Shown piece by piece: positions 39,563 through 49,800 of a stretch of 64,000 nt of DNA (within the stretch, counting starts at the first letter, position 1; each line of letters begins with the position of its first letter). Position numbers and translations under genes: made by a program. The stretch is from a virus. Its lineage: Duplodnaviria > Caudoviricetes. The notes below the pieces were generated by a model. That model saw only the letters and a list, made by a program, of their open reading frames with translations, did not search any database and was not told the origin of the DNA. The stretch spans positions 968-64,967 of IMG/VR virus record IMGVR_UViG_3300025127_007751, one strand, 5' to 3'.

Positions 39563-40226
39563 CGGGAAAAAAAGTCAGATCTACGTCTGGTTGGATTTCT
39601 TTTATAAAGCTTCTAATTGCTCTGGCATCCCGAGCTAATAAATATTTATCAATAAATTCGCGTATTTTTTTAGTTTCGGTTTCTCCCTCAACAGCAGTAA
39701 TTGTATATTTTAGTCTAGTAGTACTAGTAGCACTTGAATTTTTATTTATTCTTCTTAAACTTTCCAATTCTCTATTAATTTTACTTTCATCAGCATGCTT
39801 TAATAACTTTAATTTAATATTTGTTTTTGAAGCTGGAAGCGTAAAATCAAAGCTATTTTCAGCATTCCATAAACTTTCATTAGCTTTAACAAATTCAACT
39901 TTAGATAAATCTATATTATATTTTTCACCATTATATTCGAAATTATAATCGTTACCGTAACCTAAAACTCTTGCGGCAACCATAATAGCATTTTTATCTC
40001 CAATTAATAAATCATCATAATTAATTTTACTTACAATTAAGGATTTAAATAATTTATCTAATACTGTGCCATTTTTAATATAAGATGAATTAGATAATAT
40101 ATCTTCTTCCTTAGCAGTCATATACTTAATTTCTACTTTGCCACTAGAAAGTGGATTATCTTTATCATAAAGTAAACCTTTAGAGGGTAAATCTACTGTT
40201 TCAGTAGGTAATTTAAATTCAGCCAT
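39498..40226 (-). CDS. tail assembly chaperone (T4 gp26-like)
   Basis: VDLPSKG..Y, MTAKEEDIL, C-terminal FFWPD; lies between tube and TMP. Confidence 0.75.
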   Translation of the reverse strand: MAEFKLPTETVDLPSKGLLYDKDNPLSSGKVEIKYMTAKEEDILSNSSYIKNGTVLDKLFKSLIVSKINYDDLLIGDKNAIMVAARVLGYGNDYNFEYNGEKYNIDLSKVEFVKANESLWNAENSFDFTLPASKTNIKLKLLKHADESKINRELESLRRINKNSSATSTTRLKYTITAVEGETETKKIREFIDKYLLARDARAIRSFIKEIQPDVDLTFFPDGSDEKANIPIGLSFFWPDVK

Positions 40227-40274
40227 AATCTTTATTTATTTATAACATTGTTGATTATACATATATAAAGTAAG

Positions 40275-40299
40275 AAAAAGCTTGACCTAAGCCAAGCTA
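40275..40299 (-). terminator. intrinsic terminator after RadA-like gene
   Basis: AGCTTGGC-TTAG-GTCAAGCT followed by TTTTCTT. Confidence 0.7.
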
Positions 40300-40323
40300 T
40301 TTTCTACAGTAAATAATTAAAGG

Positions 40324-41127
40324 TTATATTGCCATATTTAATGGCTCGGTAAATAACCAACCGACATGATCTTTAACATTTAAACTAAAAAACAATTTAT
40401 CCATTTGACCACCTCTTCGGTTTTTACTAAACCAAATAGCTCTACCACCATCTTGTTGGAATTTAATATGAGCCATTGCGGTAATCATGTGTTTAAACCT
40501 GTTACTACCGGCGAATTCTCCACCTTTAGTAACCTGCTGAATAATCATAAAATTAGTGTTTCTTTTACTTTGATTTTCAGCTTTATTATGTTTTTCAAAT
40601 AAATTTAACAGTTGAGTCTCTGCATTTTTCATAGTACCACCATGGAAATCTACAACAGCAACTGCTAGTTCGGCAAATGAATCTATTAAAACTGAATCCC
40701 ATCCTTCATGAAGAATAGATTTTAAAATAACTAATGGATCATTTTCAATCCAATCACCCATAAATAAAATAGGTAATTTACCGAATTTAGGAAATCTTTT
40801 AACCATACCAACCATATCAATCTGATTCATCTCACCAGAAATAAATAAAACTTTATGGCCATTTTTTTTCATATTAGCAAGCATATCAAGTAAAACAGTA
40901 GTTTTACCAACACCTGGATCTCCAACAAATGCTACGTTAGTACCTTTCATCATACCTCCTTCACTAGAAAGTAAACTATCAATTTTAGTACCAGTTTTCA
41001 TTGGGACAAATAGCTCAGGATTGAACTTAAAATCATCCATCATCATTGTTGATGGTTTGAATCTATTAACGATTTTACCAACTTTACGGCTTGGTCTACC
41101 TCTTTTAATTTTTACTATGTTTGACAT
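40324..41127 (-). CDS. RadA/Sms-like RecA-fold ATPase (no Zn finger or Lon domain)
   Basis: GDPGVGKTT, ISGEM, LIDS, QVTKGGEFAGS...KH, SKNRRG (cf. KNRFG). Confidence 0.8.
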   Translation of the reverse strand: MSNIVKIKRGRPSRKVGKIVNRFKPSTMMMDDFKFNPELFVPMKTGTKIDSLLSSEGGMMKGTNVAFVGDPGVGKTTVLLDMLANMKKNGHKVLFISGEMNQIDMVGMVKRFPKFGKLPILFMGDWIENDPLVILKSILHEGWDSVLIDSFAELAVAVVDFHGGTMKNAETQLLNLFEKHNKAENQSKRNTNFMIIQQVTKGGEFAGSNRFKHMITAMAHIKFQQDGGRAIWFSKNRRGGQMDKLFFSLNVKDHVGWLFTEPLNMAI

Positions 41128-41157
41128 AACCTTTATTATTATTAATTATTTACAGGG

Positions 41158-41189
41158 TAAATATACGCTTCCTCCTTACGGTAACCAAA
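41158..41189 (-). promoter_or_regulatory. Bacteroidota sigmaA-like promoter (TTTG-N20-TATATTTA)
   Basis: TTTGG-N17-CGTATATTTACCC upstream of the RadA-like gene. Confidence 0.65.
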
Positions 41190-41217
41190 TTTTTCCGCGG
41201 GAGTCTTTAAAAGAAAT

Positions 41218-41243
41218 AAAAAAAGCTTGACAAGAGTCAAGCT
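41218..41243 (-). terminator. intrinsic terminator after tail tube gene
   Basis: AGCTTGAC-TCTT-GTCAAGCT followed by T-run. Confidence 0.8.
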
Positions 41244-41271
41244 AATTTTAAAAAGGGGTGGGTATAAATTT

Positions 41272-41760
41272 TTAGAAATTCAATACACAGTAATCTGGTT
41301 GTACTGTCATTGTTAATTCCTGAGCCGTATTTTCAGTATCCCAATTGAAATCACCAAAACTTGCTTCAGTAATAAATGCTCCTTTAATAATCCATTCAGA
41401 TACTATATCACCTACTGGACCTAATACATTAATAGTAAGATCTTTTTTATAGAAATCACTATAACCGTCTCTACCAGTTACTGATTCGTGGTGTAATCTT
41501 ACCCACTCCATTACTGCTTGAGCACCAGAAGGGGTTATTGGATCAAATAATGTGAAATCAATTGTATTCCAAACAGTTTTACCTTTAACATACCTTTGAA
41601 CATTGATATGATTTAAGGGAACAGAACCTTGACTAACTGATACTGCTGATACTCCCTTCATAATATACGAAGGAAAACCATCAACAAATAAAATAAATCT
41701 GTTAGCTTGTTTTGGCTCAAAAGCTGTGAAAAATACTTCGTTTGGGTTTAATACTGCCAT
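41272..41760 (-). CDS. tail tube protein (gp19-like)
   Basis: FEPKQANRF, WVRLHHESVTGRDGY, EWIIKGAF; follows sheath. Confidence 0.88.
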   Translation of the reverse strand: MAVLNPNEVFFTAFEPKQANRFILFVDGFPSYIMKGVSAVSVSQGSVPLNHINVQRYVKGKTVWNTIDFTLFDPITPSGAQAVMEWVRLHHESVTGRDGYSDFYKKDLTINVLGPVGDIVSEWIIKGAFITEASFGDFNWDTENTAQELTMTVQPDYCVLNF

Positions 41761-41776
41761 TTTATGTTTTTATTTA

Positions 41777-41786
41777 TTATAAATAT
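41777..41786 (-). promoter_or_regulatory. phage promoter-like motif ATAT(T/G)TATAA (representative of ~20 copies)
   Basis: Recurs upstream of minus-strand starts, e.g. 3008, 13041, 15884, 16818, 37126, 39189, 40255, 43896, 44192, 52080, 53574, 56702, 57639, 58203, 63745. Confidence 0.7.
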
Positions 41787-41801
41787 TCTATTTTTTAACT
41801 T

Positions 41802-43868
41802 TTACGCTGGGAATGTTGCCCCTGTTGGTAATACATTGAAATCTAGTATAATAAATTCAGCTGTTTTAGTTGGTTGTAGGAATATTTGACCTATCAACTC
41901 ATTTCTATCTATTACATCTGGTGTATTATTACTTTCATCCATTACTACTTTAAAGGCATACAATCCTTGTCTTTGTTGTACACTTTCTAAATATGGGTTA
42001 ACTTGCGTTAAGAAATTCTGTCTTGTTGCTATTGTATTTTGTTCAAATACTAAATTATCAGCAATCTGAGATATGAAATCTTTAAGTGCAATTAACAATC
42101 TTCTAACATTAACTCTATCTAAAGCACTAGCTGCTTTTTGTAGTGTTTTCTGACCAAATACTACTACGCCCTGTTGTGGGAATGTAGCTAATGGGTTTAC
42201 ATTTGCTTCATATAATGTATCTCTATTACCTGAAGTTAATTTTCTTTCAGCTCTAACAACTTGACCTAATCCTCCTCTTGTTATACCAGCTGGTGCAAAC
42301 CAAGGATCACTAGAAGCATCTGTAAATGCATATACACCAGGCATTAATGTTGATGCTGGTACATATACTAATTGAGCCGTATTAGGATCTACTGTTTGAA
42401 CCCAAGGCCAATAAGTTGAAGCATAACTAGAATCAAATGACGCAGCCTGTTGTGTTACAGTACCTATTTGAGAATTATAATTAACTAAATCTACAATAGC
42501 AATTGCATCACCTCTTGCTACAGTATTGTTAACTAAACTTGTTATTTGAGTAGCTCCAGTATCACTATTAGCATTTATTAAACCAGGTATTGTAATTACA
42601 TTATATTGGTAAGCATCTGTATTGGCTAATAAAGCTATAGCATTATTATAATCTGAACCTTTTAATCCTTGAGCATTACTATTATTAATAAATTGGTAAA
42701 AATGAGATCCATTAGCACCATAACCTACTCCCGGGATATTTGAACCAGAAGCACCACCAAAAGAACCTGATGAAACTAAAGGTAAACTTGGGAAAAATTC
42801 ACTTTTAGCTGATCCATCATTATTGAAATAATTAGGTGTAGGTTTATTAACGGCTTTAACCCTTACATAATTAGAAATATTAGGGAAAGAACCGGATTCT
42901 TGGATAAATGTTTCACCTCCTTGAGTTACTAAATTTTTATCAACATCACCTATTACTCTAGAAATATAATTATTAGCAAATGGATCTAATGATACATTAT
43001 TATAAGATTCTAAAACAACTTTTTGGTTGTTATTATCATTACCTCTTCTTATAATTAAAGAAAATACACCTGATCCTGAGTTTACATTTGTTACTTCCCA
43101 TCTAACATTATCTTCACTTCCGGATATTAAAGCTCCATTACCATCAACTACTTCACCACTATCATTGTCCATTATTATACCTTCCGAAATTGTTTCTAAT
43201 TCAAAAGAAGATGTATAATTAAATAATCCAATTACTTGTGATACTCCTTGACCAGGTAAGGTGATAGATAAATCAACACCGTCAGCTGTATTGGATATAG
43301 ATGATGAATCAATAGTTAATATATCACCTGGGGAATAATTTTCACCAGGTAAATTTATTTGAATAGCAGATGAACCTGAACCACCAGCATCTATAGTAAT
43401 ATCTACCGTAGCTCCATCTCCATTTCCTGTTGAAGAAGTTAAAGGAACTTCAGTATAAGCACCCACAGAACCCGAAAATGTTCCATTATTAATAGTAAAT
43501 GAAGCTATACTTGCACTTATGTTAAAATTATTACTAAATGGATTATCCTCTGTTATAACTGCAGAAGATGTAGCTGGAGTAAATGATCCAGATACTACTC
43601 TTGTTACTAATAAAGATTCACCTCCATTTTGGAAGTAGTTATTTGCTGATATTGAAGTTAGATAAGAATATTGATTTGATCCACTTTCTAATGCCCCACC
43701 AAAAATAGCTTGAAATGAACTAAAGGAACTTACTAATGTAGGAATTTCTACTGGTCCTTTAACAGTTGGACCTATAATCGCTGCTCCCCTAGCTAATGGT
43801 TGACTAGTAACGAAAGATTGATCATTTTCTCTTGCTAATACTCCAGGAGATAATAATGTTTCTGCCAT
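41802..43868 (-). CDS. contractile tail sheath protein (gp18-like)
   Basis: SPGVLARE, WFAPAG..RG, VNP, FGQKTLQ...LDRVNVRRLL, QPTKTAEFI. Confidence 0.95.
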   Translation of the reverse strand: MAETLLSPGVLARENDQSFVTSQPLARGAAIIGPTVKGPVEIPTLVSSFSSFQAIFGGALESGSNQYSYLTSISANNYFQNGGESLLVTRVVSGSFTPATSSAVITEDNPFSNNFNISASIASFTINNGTFSGSVGAYTEVPLTSSTGNGDGATVDITIDAGGSGSSAIQINLPGENYSPGDILTIDSSSISNTADGVDLSITLPGQGVSQVIGLFNYTSSFELETISEGIIMDNDSGEVVDGNGALISGSEDNVRWEVTNVNSGSGVFSLIIRRGNDNNNQKVVLESYNNVSLDPFANNYISRVIGDVDKNLVTQGGETFIQESGSFPNISNYVRVKAVNKPTPNYFNNDGSAKSEFFPSLPLVSSGSFGGASGSNIPGVGYGANGSHFYQFINNSNAQGLKGSDYNNAIALLANTDAYQYNVITIPGLINANSDTGATQITSLVNNTVARGDAIAIVDLVNYNSQIGTVTQQAASFDSSYASTYWPWVQTVDPNTAQLVYVPASTLMPGVYAFTDASSDPWFAPAGITRGGLGQVVRAERKLTSGNRDTLYEANVNPLATFPQQGVVVFGQKTLQKAASALDRVNVRRLLIALKDFISQIADNLVFEQNTIATRQNFLTQVNPYLESVQQRQGLYAFKVVMDESNNTPDVIDRNELIGQIFLQPTKTAEFIILDFNVLPTGATFPA

Positions 43869-43924
43869 CTTATTTTATTATTTAATATTGTTTTATTATA
43901 AATATTAAAAACCTTTTCAAAAAA

Positions 43925-44179
43925 CTATTCTGCTACAGTTATTTCTCCTTTTCCTAAATCAATGTTTCCATTTCCATATTTAGTTTGAAGTTCTTTAGCT
44001 ACTACATTAGATTTTTCTTGTAAATCCGCTAACTTTTCTAATACCACACCTCTTTGACCATCTAATAGGGCCTTTTGAATATCAATTCTTCCTAAGTCAA
44101 GGGTAATATTATCGTTTTGTTTTTGAAAATCTACTAGTTTTTTTAGTTCTTCGTCTGATAACTTTATTGTTTTACTCAT
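43925..44179 (-). CDS. small coiled-coil protein, possible fibre chaperone
   Basis: 84 aa, ends KYGNGNIDLGKGEI. Confidence 0.65.
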   Translation of the reverse strand: MSKTIKLSDEELKKLVDFQKQNDNITLDLGRIDIQKALLDGQRGVVLEKLADLQEKSNVVAKELQTKYGNGNIDLGKGEITVAE

Positions 44180-44213
44180 AATACAATTTATTTATAAATA
44201 TTAATAAAAATTT

Positions 44214-46472
44214 TTAGGTTAATAACCTAAGTGCCTCCTCTAATACCCTATCTGGGGTAATAGACTTTTGGCAAATATGCTGTAATTCTGTTCCTTTGTT
44301 AATAGGACACCAATTCCAATCTCCAGCATCAAATTGAAATTCTTTTTTATTCCAACAACTATTACAAACATTAAAGTTTTGTAATTTAGTTATATTTTTT
44401 GTAAATTCATGATCGGGCTCAGTAAAATTATTAATCATTAATGTATGCTTATTTAGTGCCCAATTTATCCAAGATAAACCCGAACCTAAACCTATAAATA
44501 AATCTGCATGATATAAGTAATTAAATAATTCATTCCAAGGTAAGTTATGTCTATCTATAATATTTATTCCTTTAAACCCATTTTTACTTAGCGCAACAAT
44601 ATTATAACCTTTACTATACAACTTTTTAGATAATTGCTTCCAATTTTTATGAGTCCATTCTTTGCATGCGGCAGTTGCTTGAGGGCCTATACAAATGTAT
44701 TTATTTTTTAAGGGTCTTTCACCAGGTGTAAAATCTACTCCATAATTAATTTCTTCAAAATCTAAACCTAATATATCAGAAGCTGATTTGATTAATGGTA
44801 CTGTTTGAGGTAAAGTAGGATTTAAATTACCATTATCCCATTTTCCCTTATTACTAAACCAACCCACTTTATAATGAGCATAACAAACAAAACTACTTCC
44901 GGGATTAATAAATTTAATATCCTTATATTCCTTTAAATTTTCAAACCAATAATTATGAAATGTACTAAGAACTAATTTACAATTATATTTATTTTTAAAT
45001 TTTACTGCTTGAGGAACCCAAGCTAAGGTATCTCCTATTGATTTGGAATCAATAGCAATATAAACTACTTGATTTTCTAAATTTAACTTATGTACTATTT
45101 CACCATTAATTTTTATTACCCAAGGAATATAATATTCTTTATTACATTTAGTCCACATATTATTACTAATAGTATCACTAAAAATTAGTTCATTTGTATC
45201 TCCATTAATAAACTCAACAAAATAATTATTTTTTTCATTGCCCTTAATTTCTACAAAAGGTCCATTAGTAAAATTTATTATTAATTCATTTTTTTCTTGA
45301 TAATTATTTAAAAAAGTAGTTAATTCATTATTAGCAATTTCTGCAACTCTATCCCAATTATAATTTTTATGAATTAATTTAGCATCCTTTATTGCCTGTT
45401 TTTTATGTTTTTTATAATTTTTATAAGCATCCCTCATTACTAATGATAAATCATCAAAATCAGGCTCATAATAATTACCAGGTATGGATTTGGGAGCAGG
45501 GATTTCTTTTTTTATTTTTACCGGAAGTCCTTTATTTTTTGCAAATTCCAACTGGCCCGAACAATTAGAATATATAGATGGAGTTCCACAAGCCATAGCC
45601 TCAATTAGAGGTAAATTCCAACCTTCACTTCTAGCACAAGATAAGAATATATGTCCTTTTTTTAAATATTTTATATAATCCTCTCTAGATACAAAAGATT
45701 TAAACTTTAACCTAGGATCATTAGGTATATTATACTTTTTAATTCTTTCTTCAGTTGTATTACAACCATCTAAATCTTTACCAAAGATATTATCTACTGA
45801 TAGTATTAAATCAACTGGTTCAGAAGGATCAAAGGTAGATAAAAAAGTTTTAATTATTTCAGTAGTAGATTTTCTATATTCCCATCTACCAAAAAGAACA
45901 AATTTAAATCGTCCGTCATAATCTTTATGTTCAATATTATCGTTAGGATAAAAAGTATTTACATCTACACCTTCAGGAATTACTTTTACTTTATTAGGAC
46001 TAGCACCTTGTTTAATAGTATTATCTGCTTGCCATTTAGTTGGTACCCATAATTGGTCAAATTCTAACCATTTATTAAAAAAATCTTCTGGTTGTTTAGT
46101 TGATTCCCATACATTATAACCTATTTTAGGACCTAAATAATCATGGTAATAATAATGATGATTAGTTTCTTGAAGTACTATATTTATATTATGATTAAAA
46201 TTATTTAAAGTATTAGAATAAATGGGTTGATCTATTAGATCTTTTCCATTCCATAATGTTTGAATATTTAATAATTTTTTATCTACACTATTAATATAAC
46301 TTTCACTATTATGGGGTTCGTCATTTAATTCATTCCATGTATTACCTACAGTAAAATTTCTTATTTTGACTTTAGCTAGTTTGGATAAATGTCTAAAAAA
46401 ACTACGGGAGTGTGCATTATAACCCGTATTCCCAATATAACTAGTATGAGCAAATATATGAGGTTTAGTCAT
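44214..46472 (-). CDS. fusion of GT4-like glycosyltransferase and Aah/TibC-type protein O-heptosyltransferase
   Basis: N-terminal half: TGYNAHSR, RSEGWNLPLIEAMACGTP (GT4). C-terminal half: SIGDTLAW, FIGLGSGLSW, CNSCWN...WCP...HICQKSIT four-Cys iron-finger as in Aah/TibC. Confidence 0.85.
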   Translation of the reverse strand: MTKPHIFAHTSYIGNTGYNAHSRSFFRHLSKLAKVKIRNFTVGNTWNELNDEPHNSESYINSVDKKLLNIQTLWNGKDLIDQPIYSNTLNNFNHNINIVLQETNHHYYYHDYLGPKIGYNVWESTKQPEDFFNKWLEFDQLWVPTKWQADNTIKQGASPNKVKVIPEGVDVNTFYPNDNIEHKDYDGRFKFVLFGRWEYRKSTTEIIKTFLSTFDPSEPVDLILSVDNIFGKDLDGCNTTEERIKKYNIPNDPRLKFKSFVSREDYIKYLKKGHIFLSCARSEGWNLPLIEAMACGTPSIYSNCSGQLEFAKNKGLPVKIKKEIPAPKSIPGNYYEPDFDDLSLVMRDAYKNYKKHKKQAIKDAKLIHKNYNWDRVAEIANNELTTFLNNYQEKNELIINFTNGPFVEIKGNEKNNYFVEFINGDTNELIFSDTISNNMWTKCNKEYYIPWVIKINGEIVHKLNLENQVVYIAIDSKSIGDTLAWVPQAVKFKNKYNCKLVLSTFHNYWFENLKEYKDIKFINPGSSFVCYAHYKVGWFSNKGKWDNGNLNPTLPQTVPLIKSASDILGLDFEEINYGVDFTPGERPLKNKYICIGPQATAACKEWTHKNWKQLSKKLYSKGYNIVALSKNGFKGINIIDRHNLPWNELFNYLYHADLFIGLGSGLSWINWALNKHTLMINNFTEPDHEFTKNITKLQNFNVCNSCWNKKEFQFDAGDWNWCPINKGTELQHICQKSITPDRVLEEALRLLT

Positions 46473-46492
46473 TTATAACTTAATTTTGGGGC

Positions 46493-46524
46493 ATAATGTA
46501 AAAAGATTTTATTGAATATCCAAA
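46493..46524 (-). promoter_or_regulatory. Bacteroidota sigmaA-like promoter (TTTG-N20-TACATTAT)
   Basis: Consensus spacing; upstream of the glycosyltransferase. Confidence 0.5.
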
Positions 46525-46528
46525 TACT

Positions 46529-46837
46529 TTACCAAGGTAATCCAATCGCTTTGGGGTGATCAAAATCAATAATAATCTGATTAATAGAAGCTGAATTGTT
46601 AGTTTTTAAAGTATCTACATCTAAACTACCAGTAAACCAACTTAAAACCTTAGATTCATTTAAGTCTTCATAATTAATAAAATCACTATCCGAAACTGAA
46701 CCAGTAGTTAAGGTAATTTCATCATTAATTTCTACTGAGTGGGAATTATGTATAGTTTGAAAGCTATAAAAAACTTTATCCACCATACCAGTGTTTTGAT
46801 TACGTTCTAAATTATCTATAATCCAATTATGTTCCAT
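46529..46837 (-). CDS. tail-fibre-associated small protein
   Basis: FINYEDLNESKVLSW...GLPW, a pattern typical of genes following fibre genes. Confidence 0.6.
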   Translation of the reverse strand: MEHNWIIDNLERNQNTGMVDKVFYSFQTIHNSHSVEINDEITLTTGSVSDSDFINYEDLNESKVLSWFTGSLDVDTLKTNNSASINQIIIDFDHPKAIGLPW

Positions 46838-46850
46838 TTTTTATTAATTT

Positions 46851-49800
46851 TTAAAAGGAGCTACCATCGAAAATTTTATATCTTAATTTAACAGCAATAC
46901 TAATACATCTAGTTCCTAAATTACTTAAACCACTACCAAAAAATATAGTAGTATCCGTGTTTTCTGAGTAAACCCTTTGCTGTAGAGGAATATCTCTATA
47001 ATACATGGCAAAGGTATTAGTTTGCCCCTCTAATTGTAACCATTGATTTATGGTAGTGGCTGGCACTTGAGAGACAGTATTACTACTATTGTTAACGGTA
47101 CCCTGTCTAACTACTATATTACCACTTGTTGTAGGTAGTGTACCAGATCCTGGATTCATTTTACATAAGAAAAATGTTTCTGTTATTACACAAAAAAGAT
47201 TTGAACCAGGATTAGACATTAAGTTTTGTGATCCTCCCGCTATTATTGTAGATCTAGGAAATGTATAAGTGGATTCCATCATATCCCTAACAACTTCTCC
47301 ACTTGTATTAACACCTAAGGTATTAACAGTTCCATTATTATTTTGTTGTCCAGTTGGGAAAGAAGATCCACTAGCAGCAAATGAATAACCATTAAATTTA
47401 ACAGCAGTATTTAGCACCTCCATTGCTGGAGTATTATTAGTATTTATTTTAAGTGCTCCAGAATTAGTAGTTATTTCATTACCACCTGAACTATGTATAA
47501 TTCTTAAATCATAATCATCACTTGCAGGGGCTTTAAAATCTATAAATCCACCACTAGAACCACCGACCTCTACGGCCGCAAAACCACCAGCATTAGTTAA
47601 AGTTAAAACACCACCAGATAAAGTACTTGACTCAACTGTAACATTAGGAGAAGACCCATTTAAAGTTAAAATACCATTATCCGTTGTTCCAGATAAAGTT
47701 ACAGTACCACTAGAACCACTTGTACCACTTGAACCAGAAGTTCCACTTGATCCAGAAGTACCTGGGTTACCATCTCCACCAGAAGAACCACTTGTACCAC
47801 TTGAACCAGAAGTTCCACTTGATCCAGAAGTACCTGGGTTACCATCTCCACCAGAAGAACCACTTGTACCTGAAGAACCTGAAGTACCATCACCACCAGA
47901 ACTACCACTTGTACCGGAAGAACCAGAAGTACCATCAGAACCGTCTCCACCTGATGAACCTGAAGTACCGGAAGAACCTGATGTACCAGAATTACCTGAA
48001 GATCCACTTGAACCACTAGTTCCATTATTACCACTTAATATAAACCCTATTGCATCACCATCTGAAAATATTGCCCCAGATCCAGTTGATGAATCCGTAG
48101 TACAAGTTAATATTTGAGTATTTGAACTATAACTTGCATTAGCTGTTACATTTAAAACTATAAAAGAAGTAGGACTGGAAACTTTATAAAGTCCCAATTT
48201 GACATTATTAGTACCAATAGAAGAAAGTATATTAGCTATACTAGCATTATTAATATTTTCTTTACTTATTCGTAAAGAGTTAATAGTACTATTATCATTA
48301 TTAGAAGTACTTCCAAATTGGAATTCTCCAGAAGACTGATTTGAAGGTGATCCTGTACTATATCCATCAAATTCAGATTCAAAAATAAATTTAGGTAAAC
48401 CGGAAGAACCACTAGAACCCGATGTACCACTTGAGCCACTAGTTCCAGAAGAACCACTTGTACCAGAAGAACCAGAAGTACCAGAGTTACCTGAGGAACC
48501 ACTTGTACCACTTGAACCTGACGTACCTGAACCACCTGAAGATCCACTTGTACCAGAAGAACCTGATGTACCATCTCCACCAGAAGAACCAGATGTACCA
48601 GAAGAACCTGATGTACCAGAAGAACCTGATGTGCCCGAATTACCACTTGAACCAGAAGTTCCACTTGAACCAGAAGTACCATCTGAACCATCACCACCAG
48701 AACTACCACTTGTACCACTTGAACCACTTGTTCCTGAATTACCAGAAGAACCCGAAGTACCTGAAGAACCACTAGTACCTGGTGAACCATCACCACCTGA
48801 TGAACCTGAAGTACCAGAAGAACCTGAAGTACCTGAATTACCTGATGAACCAGATGTACCAGAAGATCCAGAAGTACCTGTATTACCAGAAGAACCAGAA
48901 GTACCTGATGAACCACTTGTACCTGAAGAACCCGCTCCTGCTGGGCCTTCTATAACATTACCACTTGAATCAACTTGTAAAGTTTTGGCTGCAGTACCAG
49001 TAAAGTTTCCTGATCCATATCCATTAAGTTTTAATTGTTGGGTTGAAGCTAATCTAAGAGCTTCAACTAAAGTTCCTGAGGAATTCATTGTTGAAACTTT
49101 AAAGTAACCATCTTCACTACTTGCGGCTCCACTTTCAGCAAAACCTCCAATTTGAGCTCTTTCTATTTCATTAGTAGTTGAATTTCTGTTACTACTAAAA
49201 GAAATTATTCCTCCAGTATTTGATGTTTCAAACTCACTATCATATATTTTTAGCCCTGCTAATGTGTCAAATGAATCTCTTTCATAAGTTATTTTTTGAG
49301 AACCACTTAAATTTAACGAACCTGTCATATTTAAATTAGTACCATCAAAAGTTAACTTAGCTTCTGCATTTAATTCACCTGCTATACCTGTTGCAGTTGT
49401 AACTCTATTATTAATATTATTATAAATTATAGCCGAACCACTAGAACCAGAAGAACCACTTGTACCACTAGACCCGGAAGTTCCACTTGAGCCACTAGTT
49501 CCAGAATTACCCGAAGATCCCGAAGTACCTGAAGAACCTGAAGTACCAGAATTACCACTTGAGCCAGAAGTACCAGATGAACCACTTGTACCAGAGTTAC
49601 CACTTGAACCGCTTGTTCCAGATGAGCCACTTGTTCCAGAAGAACCACTTGTTCCTGAGTTACCACTTGAACCCGAAGAACCTGATGTACCTGAATTACC
49701 AGATGAACCAGAAGAACCAGATGTACCTGAAGAACCTGAAGTACCACTTGAACCCGATGTACCACTATCTCCCTTATCACCTGTAACTACAAAGGAAACT

